A DNA stretch of 64,000 nt, from the IMG/VR virus record IMGVR_UViG_3300023174_000079, positions 32,001 to 96,000 of that record; one strand, 5' to 3'. Below are positions 57,008-64,000 of this stretch, piece by piece (within the stretch, counting starts at the first letter, position 1; each line of letters opens with the position of its first letter). The notes beneath the pieces are model-generated. The model was not told the DNA's origin. It saw only the letters and a program-made list of their open reading frames with translations, and did not search any database. A program made the translations under genes and the position numbers. The DNA comes from a virus.

Positions 57008-58000
57008 ATGAATAAAGACAAGACAAAAATAGGTTTTTTTATACGTCACTTTACCGAGTGCGGAACAGAAGTATCTATTTACGATTATGCAGATCATAAT
57101 GAAACAATTTTAGGAAATGAAAGCGTCATATTAAGCTTTACGAAGGAAGCTCATGCATTATATGGAAAACCATATAATGAAAGTGTGTTTGAAAAATTCA
57201 ATAAGCGATTTAAGGTTATACAAGCCAATAATTTTGATGAAATTCGTAATATTGTCGATCGTGAAAAAATAAACGTATATTATACGCAAGTTTGGGGTAT
57301 ACCAGAAGAACATCCATACGGTGATATTAATAATACGAAATATTTTGTACACTGCGTCTTTGATGCTGTCGCACCTCGTGGCGATATATATGTACCGATA
57401 AGCGATCAAATTAATAAAAAGAATAATACAAACTTTACTGTACTACCGTATATGGTACGAGTAGGTACAAATGCAGAGAATCTTCGCACGCAATTGAATA
57501 TACCTAAAGATGCGATTGTGTTCGGCCGACACGGTGGTACAACATCTTTTGATATACCTATAGCAAGAGAAGCTGTAGCTGAAGTAGCTAGGAATAATAA
57601 ACATATATATTTTATTTTTCTTAATACCCCTGCTTTTTGTGAACCGCTGCCGAATGTAATACATCTACCGTGCGAGGTCGATATAGAAAAGAAAAGAACT
57701 TTTATTAATACATGTGATGCTATGATTCATGGTCGAACTCATGGCGAAACTTTTGGTCTCGCTATTGGAGAATTTGCAATGTGTTTGAAGCCTGTTATTT
57801 GCTGTAATCAATTTCTCGACTGGGCTCATCTTGATATACTTGGCGATAAGGCGGTTATATATAACAGTAAGGATGAGCTAGTTAATATTTTAACAAACTT
57901 CGAACCTAAGAAATACGATATGACAGATAATGGCTATACAAAATATACGCCCGAGTACGTTATGTCAATCTTTAAAGCGCTGATTAACAAAGTTGTATAA
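57008..58000 (+). CDS. Glycosyltransferase (GT-B, GT4-like)
   Basis: GTEVSIYDYA..NE, FGRHGG, CDAMIHGR..GETFGLAIGEF. Confidence 0.8.
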   Translation: MNKDKTKIGFFIRHFTECGTEVSIYDYADHNETILGNESVILSFTKEAHALYGKPYNESVFEKFNKRFKVIQANNFDEIRNIVDREKINVYYTQVWGIPEEHPYGDINNTKYFVHCVFDAVAPRGDIYVPISDQINKKNNTNFTVLPYMVRVGTNAENLRTQLNIPKDAIVFGRHGGTTSFDIPIAREAVAEVARNNKHIYFIFLNTPAFCEPLPNVIHLPCEVDIEKKRTFINTCDAMIHGRTHGETFGLAIGEFAMCLKPVICCNQFLDWAHLDILGDKAVIYNSKDELVNILTNFEPKKYDMTDNGYTKYTPEYVMSIFKALINKVV

Positions 58001-58645
58001 ATGAATACCAGTATACCATCATTTCAAGTTTTCTCTTACGCAAATTCAAATATTTCAAACGAGGTTTGTGATTATCAGAAAGCGGTTTTTGATAGATTTA
58101 ATCTATCTGTTGATCAAATTAAAGTGAATGTTGATCATAGTGTATATGGTCATGGTGATTTTTTAAACGAAAAAGCAAGAAATAGTAATAGTAAATATAT
58201 AATATTTTTCGATGTAGATTGTATTCCGCTAACGTCGAATTTATACGATATTATTATTAATGAGCTAGAAAAAGAACAATGTATTATAGGTATTGAGCAA
58301 TTATGTAATAGTAATCCTCATAATCATCTATATGCTGGTCCTGCTTGCCTTGCGTTTCCCGTCTCACTTTATAAAGAGCTCGGATGCCCGTCGTTAATTC
58401 AAAACAATAGAAGCGATGTTGCGGAAGAGCTGACATGGATATGTGAAGAGAATGATATTAAAGTCAAATATTTTACAGCTATTTCTTCTGAAATACCAAA
58501 GTGGAAATTAACAAGCGAAAGAAATTTTGGCATAGGCACAACTTATAGTTATAATCATGTTGATGTATTATATCATCAATTTGAAATTCGCATGGGATGT
58601 GATCGATTTATAAATAAATGCAAATCCATTCTCAAGCAACACTAA
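58001..58645 (+). CDS. Putative glycosyltransferase (GT-A, DXD)
   Basis: HGDFL, FFDVDCIPL, DVAE, FGIGTTY. Confidence 0.6.
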   Translation: MNTSIPSFQVFSYANSNISNEVCDYQKAVFDRFNLSVDQIKVNVDHSVYGHGDFLNEKARNSNSKYIIFFDVDCIPLTSNLYDIIINELEKEQCIIGIEQLCNSNPHNHLYAGPACLAFPVSLYKELGCPSLIQNNRSDVAEELTWICEENDIKVKYFTAISSEIPKWKLTSERNFGIGTTYSYNHVDVLYHQFEIRMGCDRFINKCKSILKQH

Positions 58646-58650
58646 TACAA

Positions 58651-59292
58651 ATGAAAAACAAAACATTAACAGAAATAGGAATACACTATGGAACGGACAA
58701 AGCAACGTTTCATGGATTTACAGACATCTATGATAGATATTTTACGCCTCTTAGAGACAAGCAGCTTAATATTTTAGAGATTGGTATTGATAGAGGATAC
58801 TCCATACTTACGCTTAGAGATTACTTTATTAATAGTCAAATATATGCTATCGATTGTTTAGATAAGAGTCACCTATCCGGTGATCGTTTTATTTTTAATA
58901 TAGGTGATCAGGCTGATAGAAATTTTATGCAACACCTGTTCCGGGGTATCGAATTTGATATTATTATCGATGATGGTGGTCACGGTATGGAGCAACAGCA
59001 AGTCACGCTTGAGGAAATGCTTCCAAGATTAAAATCAGGAGGCATTTATGTTCTTGAAGATCTGCATACAAGCTATGAATACGGTTACACAGGCAACAAG
59101 GATGATAATACTACTCTCACATTGATCGAAAATATTAATAATTTATCTGCAGTTAAAAAAAATAATTTCTTCATCAACGATTTAACAGAAGTGCAGCGTC
59201 AAATTAACGCTTGCAATGTATACTATAACGATACTGCTAGTGGCGAAGCTCACCGTGGTAAATCAATCACATCTGTTATCTATAAAAAATAA
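58651..59292 (+). CDS. Class I SAM methyltransferase (sugar O-methyltransferase-like)
   Basis: TDK...H, LEIGI, GDQAD, IIDDGGH, GGIYVLEDLHTSY. Confidence 0.85.
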   Translation: MKNKTLTEIGIHYGTDKATFHGFTDIYDRYFTPLRDKQLNILEIGIDRGYSILTLRDYFINSQIYAIDCLDKSHLSGDRFIFNIGDQADRNFMQHLFRGIEFDIIIDDGGHGMEQQQVTLEEMLPRLKSGGIYVLEDLHTSYEYGYTGNKDDNTTLTLIENINNLSAVKKNNFFINDLTEVQRQINACNVYYNDTASGEAHRGKSITSVIYKK

Positions 59293-59293
59293 A

Positions 59294-60064
59294 ATGTCAG
59301 ATTACTGTACAGTACTATTGACTAATGATGCGTATTTCGAGCGAATGCTACATACGTTGAGCGGTATCTTACAATTCGTCTGCAGTTCAGACATAGTAAT
59401 TGTTATTGGTGATGATCTTAAAGAATCTACTAAACTATCTCACCCTCTCCTAGGACATGAAAAAGTAAGAATACAATATTTTCCTGATATTAAATTTAGC
59501 AATAACTTTAATATTAAATTCAATACATTACATAGAACACACTGGACCGAAAAATTTTTAACAAAAAAATTTCAATATCATAAATTTAACATCTTTAACC
59601 AATATTTCAAACAATGGAAATTTATACTGTATATAGATTCCGGCGCGACAATCTTTAGCTCCATCGACAGGATGTTCAACGCAAAAAGAGTCGGTAAGTT
59701 TTGTGCACACAGCGACGGTTACCCAAATAACCCGTGGTTTTTAAAACGACAATTTGACGATACAGATTCGCTTTTTTCCGAGTTAACTAATACATATAAT
59801 CTTGAAATAGATTATCCGCAAACAACAATAAAGTTATTTGATACCAACTTAATAGAAGAAAATACATTCAACGAAATTTATGATCTAGCCGAAAAATGGC
59901 CTATTTCACTCACTAACGATCAGGGTATCCTGGCTCTTTATTTTACAGCTATTAAAAATAAATGGGAACAAATACAACTAGGAGATGAAGACTATTGGTA
60001 CTATGATTTTCATATACGACCAACAAAAGTTGATAAGCCTCATATAATTGTTAAATACGTCTAA
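59294..60064 (+). CDS. Putative glycosyltransferase (GT8-like)
   Basis: QYHKFNIF, ILYIDSG, NDQGIL. Confidence 0.65.
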   Translation: MSDYCTVLLTNDAYFERMLHTLSGILQFVCSSDIVIVIGDDLKESTKLSHPLLGHEKVRIQYFPDIKFSNNFNIKFNTLHRTHWTEKFLTKKFQYHKFNIFNQYFKQWKFILYIDSGATIFSSIDRMFNAKRVGKFCAHSDGYPNNPWFLKRQFDDTDSLFSELTNTYNLEIDYPQTTIKLFDTNLIEENTFNEIYDLAEKWPISLTNDQGILALYFTAIKNKWEQIQLGDEDYWYYDFHIRPTKVDKPHIIVKYV

Positions 60065-60068
60065 TAAT

Positions 60069-60602
60069 ATGTTTTATTCACAAATCGGTCAAGATGAATT
60101 TGTTTTTAATACTGCGAGTAAATACCTAAGCACAAAAAAGGATTTTACCTTTTTAGATATTGGATGCCAGGATTATGAGCATATCAACAACACGTATTAC
60201 TTAGAAAAGGTACATAACTGGAGAGGTGTAGCGATTGATATTGACGGTCAGTGGAGTCAGAACTGGATTAATAATAGAAAAAATTCTGTATTTGTTGCTA
60301 CAGATGCAACTACCGCCGACTACGGTAAAATATTACAAGATAATAATATGCCGACAGTAATAGATTATTTGAGTCTAGACTTAGAGCCACCACCGCTCAC
60401 CCTGAAAGCACTGCATCGACTGCTTGAGTATAATTATACGTTTAATATTGTTACATACGAAACAGACTATTATCGGGAAAATGAATACGGCGTCGATTCT
60501 CTTAGAAAACCTTCTCAAGATCTCTTTAAGTCGAAAGGTTATGTTCTTGTACAAGAAGGGCGTCAAGATGATTTTTATATACATAGCAGTTTACTGACTT
60601 GA
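60069..60602 (+). CDS. FkbM-like methyltransferase
   Basis: YSQIGQD, FLDIG, NNTY.LE...W.G, IDYLSLDLE. Confidence 0.78.
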   Translation: MFYSQIGQDEFVFNTASKYLSTKKDFTFLDIGCQDYEHINNTYYLEKVHNWRGVAIDIDGQWSQNWINNRKNSVFVATDATTADYGKILQDNNMPTVIDYLSLDLEPPPLTLKALHRLLEYNYTFNIVTYETDYYRENEYGVDSLRKPSQDLFKSKGYVLVQEGRQDDFYIHSSLLT

Positions 60603-60626
60603 CCTTTCAAATAAAGTTATTATATT
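60599..60626 (+). promoter_or_regulatory. Sigma70-like promoter of the epimerase gene
   Basis: TTGACC-N16-TATATT, 8 nt before the ATG. Confidence 0.6.
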
Positions 60627-60634
60627 AATGTGAT

Positions 60635-61627
60635 ATGAAAACAGCATTAGTACTTGGTGCCGGGGGATTTATAGGCAATCATTTGGTTAATCGTCTCAAG
60701 GATGAAGGTTATTGGGTAAGAGGAGTAGATTTAAAATATAATGAATATCAGCAAACGCGTGCTGATGATTTTGTAATTGGAGATCTTACAGATCCCGTCG
60801 TAGTACGAAATGTAATGTGGGGACCCGATCAACGTGCGTATAGTATAAACCCGTTTGATGAAGTATATCAATTAGCAGCTGATATGGGTGGAGCTGGTTA
60901 TATTTTTAGTGGCGAAAACGACGCAAACGTAATGCATAATTCTGCTACAATAAATCTCAACGTTGCTGATACCGCTGTACGAAACCATATTAAACAGCTT
61001 TTTTATAGCAGCAGCGCCTGTATGTATCCAGAACACAACCAACTTGATCCAAATAATCCAAATTGCGAGGAGAGTAGCGCTTATCCTGCTAATCCCGATA
61101 GTGAATATGGCTGGGAAAAACTCTTTAGTGAGCGACTATATCTCGCTTACCAGCGCAACTACGGTTTAAATGTACGTATTGCGCGCTTTCATAACATCTT
61201 CGGGCCGCTTGGTTCCTGGAACAATGGTAAAGAAAAATCACCTGCAGCTATCTGTCGTAAGGTAGCACAAGCCGAAAATAACGGTGAAATTGAAATTTGG
61301 GGTGATGGAGAACAAACAAGAAGCTTTCTTTATATTGATGAGTGTCTTGAAGCGGTAAGACGATTAATGTTATCTGAATTTACTGGACCGGTTAATATTG
61401 GATCAGATGAAATGGTAACAATTAATAAGCTTGCTGATATTGCATGTAAAGTTGCAAATAAGAATCTTACAAAAAAGCATATAACCGGACCACTTGGTGT
61501 AAGGGGCCGTAATTCAGACAATAGATTAATTAAGGAAAAGCTTAATTGGGCACCTTCACAGCCCCTTGAGCAAGGTATTGCTAATACGTATAACTGGATC
61601 CATGAACAGTTAAATAAGAGCAATTAA
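60635..61627 (+). CDS. NAD-dependent epimerase, GDP-mannose 3,5-epimerase-like
   Basis: GAGGFIG, LAADMGGAGYI, YSSSACMYPE, YGWEKL, RFHNIFGP, EKSPAAICRK, GVRGRNSDN. Confidence 0.88.
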   Translation: MKTALVLGAGGFIGNHLVNRLKDEGYWVRGVDLKYNEYQQTRADDFVIGDLTDPVVVRNVMWGPDQRAYSINPFDEVYQLAADMGGAGYIFSGENDANVMHNSATINLNVADTAVRNHIKQLFYSSSACMYPEHNQLDPNNPNCEESSAYPANPDSEYGWEKLFSERLYLAYQRNYGLNVRIARFHNIFGPLGSWNNGKEKSPAAICRKVAQAENNGEIEIWGDGEQTRSFLYIDECLEAVRRLMLSEFTGPVNIGSDEMVTINKLADIACKVANKNLTKKHITGPLGVRGRNSDNRLIKEKLNWAPSQPLEQGIANTYNWIHEQLNKSN

Positions 61628-61628
61628 A

Positions 61629-62324
61629 ATGCCAATTGATAAAAATATATTTCAAACATATAAGACAAGAGCTATACCAGATTTTATGGAAAAGCTCATT
61701 GATGAGCTTAAAAATAAAAATCCTGATTATGAATATTTTCTTTTTGATGATGATGATATTCATCAATTTATAAGTGATAATTATAGCAAGGATATTCAAC
61801 AGGCATATAGTAAGCTTCATATAGGGGCCGCAAAAGCTGATTTTTGGCGATATTTAGTTTTATATAAACATGGTGGTATTTATATAGATTTTGATTCGTA
61901 TCCTCGTTGTGAGCTTAACGATATAATTCGAGAAACAGATTCTGCTATTATAACGCGTGAAGGTAATCCAGATTATTTTGTTCAATGGTGCTTATTCTTT
62001 GGTAAAGAACATCCTGTCTTGAAAAAGACAATTGAATATACAGCAGAGAATATTCTTGAAGCTAAAGAGACAAAAATACTCAAATTAACAGGACCTGTTG
62101 TCTATACAAGAGCTATAAAAGATTATTATAGTTTTATTCCCTTTAAAGATTCTATTCACGACTTGACAGATGATCATATCAACCAATTGATATCACAAAA
62201 CACTAACGACGGTACGAGATTCTTTAAAACAGACTATGATAATCTTATAGATTTTCATCATGAGCATTTTAGTTATTTGTACGAGCCATACACTAGCGTT
62301 AAACATTGGATACAACAGCAATAA
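61629..62324 (+). CDS. Glycosyltransferase (GT32, DXD)
   Basis: IFQTY, NPDYEY, ADFWRY.VLY..GGIYIDFD, TGP. Confidence 0.88.
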   Translation: MPIDKNIFQTYKTRAIPDFMEKLIDELKNKNPDYEYFLFDDDDIHQFISDNYSKDIQQAYSKLHIGAAKADFWRYLVLYKHGGIYIDFDSYPRCELNDIIRETDSAIITREGNPDYFVQWCLFFGKEHPVLKKTIEYTAENILEAKETKILKLTGPVVYTRAIKDYYSFIPFKDSIHDLTDDHINQLISQNTNDGTRFFKTDYDNLIDFHHEHFSYLYEPYTSVKHWIQQQ

Positions 62325-62328
62325 AAAC

Positions 62329-62356
62329 TTGATAAACAAATTTAATATAGTATCAT
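62329..62356 (+). promoter_or_regulatory. Sigma70-like promoter
   Basis: TTGATA-N16-TATCAT, 6 nt before the ATG. Confidence 0.6.
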
Positions 62357-62362
62357 CAATCT

Positions 62363-62950
62363 ATGATTATTAACGTACCTATCTACGACGGCGACCTCAT
62401 TCACTCACGCTTTGCATATAAGCATTTTCGTAAGAATACCCTCCCTATTGGTAATATTGTAGCGTTTAGAGCTCCTATGAAGGTTGAGGCTGAGGGAATG
62501 GTCGATAATGAAGATATTCTTAATGCTGATTACATCTACAGTGACGATGCAATTAACTTCTGCTGGGAAATTCCTAACCTTGATCCGTTTGGAGCTGTAG
62601 CGTTTCAGCGCTTACTCAATACGCAGATTGCTAATATTCTTAGTGCTAAGTATCTTCATGCTCCTATTGAGGTTGACGGTGATGATCTTATGGTTCATAA
62701 GGAGCATAATCAAGGCGGTGTTACGCAGATGAAAGGTAAGTGCAGTGTTAGCATTACATATTCAAAGAACGGAGTCGCTCTAGGTCACACCGGTATTAAT
62801 ATTGAAGCTGGAAAGAAGGCACCTGCTTTTGCTTTTTCTACTAGACTTGGCGAAGAAGAAGCTCAGCAGTTTATGAAAGATATTATTGAGGTATTTTACG
62901 CGATGGTCGAGGATATTTTCCTTGCAACCTGCAAGCTCACACTAGCATAA
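62363..62950 (+). CDS. DUF366-like protein (biotin/lipoate ligase-like fold)
   Basis: YDG..IHSRFAY, IVAFRAPM.V, MVD.ED, FQRLL, DGDDL, K.SVSI, HTGINI. Confidence 0.72.
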   Translation: MIINVPIYDGDLIHSRFAYKHFRKNTLPIGNIVAFRAPMKVEAEGMVDNEDILNADYIYSDDAINFCWEIPNLDPFGAVAFQRLLNTQIANILSAKYLHAPIEVDGDDLMVHKEHNQGGVTQMKGKCSVSITYSKNGVALGHTGINIEAGKKAPAFAFSTRLGEEEAQQFMKDIIEVFYAMVEDIFLATCKLTLA

Positions 62951-62994
62951 TACTAAACTTAAAAAATATCATCATTCATAGTGTAAATAATATT

Positions 62995-63885
62995 GTGAAT
63001 GATGATTATTACGGTTTTATATATCTTTGGGAAAACACACATCCAGGAGCAAAAATACACAAAAAATATATTGGTCAACATATAGGCGCTGTTGATGACG
63101 GATATATTGGGTCAGGTGCTATCTTTATAAAAAGATTTTATAGTAAAAAATATAGAGGGTGTTGGAAAAGAGAAATATTACAATACTGCAATGATCTAGA
63201 AGCATTAAATGCTGCCGAAAAAAGCTGGATAGCAGCAAGTAATGCGCTAGTTGATCCGATATACTGCAATATAAGAGAAGGAGGTAAAAACGGTAAATTA
63301 GGTAAACATACACGTAAGAAACTATCAGAGAGTTTAAAGGGTAGATCAGCATGGAATAAAGGTAAAAAGGGTGAATATAAACAAAGTCAACAGGCGATTT
63401 TGAATCGTATTAATACACGAACATATAACATGTCGAAATTATATGAAAAAGATAATAAGCAGATTCTAAAATATCTCAAACAAAATGGATGGGTAAAAGC
63501 TACTGAGATATCAAAAATTCTTAATAGAAGTTGCTCTGCCTCTGTCTATAAAAAGCGAATTAAAATACTAATAGAGCAAAATAAAATAAAGATGTATAGT
63601 TTTGGATATAATGATATACGGTATGTTCAACCGAATTTTTCTTTTGAAAATATTATTATAAATTTAATAACTGAAAATAAAAAACAAACCGCGAGAGATA
63701 TTTGTAATAAACTATGTACACAATTTAATATTAATAATGGAAAATATAAAGTACAGAGTATATTGCAACAATTGCAGAAGCAAAATAAAATTAAACAATA
63801 CAGAGGTTATCGCAAAAATTATTACTGTTTAATTGATAACAATATAGCTGGCAATTATACTAATATAAAATATGACAATTTTTGA
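62995..63885 (+). CDS. GIY-YIG homing endonuclease with NUMOD3-like repeats
   Basis: GFIY...KKYIGQH, DGYIGSG, NIREGG, TRKKLSESLKG..AWNKG. Confidence 0.82.
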   Translation: MNDDYYGFIYLWENTHPGAKIHKKYIGQHIGAVDDGYIGSGAIFIKRFYSKKYRGCWKREILQYCNDLEALNAAEKSWIAASNALVDPIYCNIREGGKNGKLGKHTRKKLSESLKGRSAWNKGKKGEYKQSQQAILNRINTRTYNMSKLYEKDNKQILKYLKQNGWVKATEISKILNRSCSASVYKKRIKILIEQNKIKMYSFGYNDIRYVQPNFSFENIIINLITENKKQTARDICNKLCTQFNINNGKYKVQSILQQLQKQNKIKQYRGYRKNYYCLIDNNIAGNYTNIKYDNF

Positions 63886-64000
63886 TTTTATATCAAGTGT
63901 TCTTTTTACAAAAGAAAAGACTTGTCTAAATTCAGTTGATGAGGAGGGTAATTTCTCTCCATATATGCTTAACAGGTGGTGTAGTATGTATTCGAAAACA
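63872..64000 (+). CDS. Partial clamp-loader small subunit (gp62-like)
   Basis: MTIFDFISSVLFTKEK...FSPYMLNRWCSM; runs off the window. Confidence 0.6.
   Translation, partial: MTIFDFISSVLFTKEKTCLNSVDEEGNFSPYMLNRWCSMYSKT

Noticed and set aside
46596-62324. Host O-antigen or capsule locus misassembled into the contig
   Set aside because: No Wzx, Wzy, ABC exporter or priming transferase; it is flanked seamlessly by phage genes and uses the same promoter spacing. Read-level confirmation is still advisable.
1-64000. Stop-codon reassignment, CRISPR arrays, tRNA genes, reverse transcriptase/DGR
   Set aside because: Core genes are full length in the standard code, and I saw no repeat-spacer arrays, cloverleafs or RT motifs; a by-eye scan could miss a short RNA.

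Overview
This window is a gene-dense, AT-rich 64 kb segment of a large T4-like myophage in the standard genetic code. I found no tRNA, rRNA or CRISPR array. Left to right it carries: (1) tail tube, sheath and tail-completion genes; (2) a terminase large subunit fractured into two ORFs by an atypically split intein with a free-standing endonuclease between the halves, plus a separate Ala-starting (class 3-type) LAGLIDADG intein in the Walker A motif; (3) neck gp14; (4) a T4-type replication/recombination block (gp61, gp45, gp32, gp59-like, gp41, UvsX, gp43, gp46/47, gp55, UvsW, UvsY, partial gp62); (5) a dispersed 7-deazaguanine pathway (FolE, variant QueD, variant QueE, QueC) with a class II glutamine amidotransferase coupled to a glycosyltransferase inside the replication block, a nucleotide kinase and a DUF366-like gene, but no recognisable DpdA/TGT in the window; (6) many late proteins with capsid-targeting-like leaders, including an RNA-ligase-like plus HIGH-nucleotidyltransferase pair; and (7) a ~16 kb, 20-gene glycan island of glycosyltransferases, methyltransferases and a GDP-mannose 3,5-epimerase-like enzyme. 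Many promoters sit 5-10 nt upstream of start codons with no Shine-Dalgarno, implying largely leaderless mRNAs. All calls come from motif recognition by eye; no searches were run.
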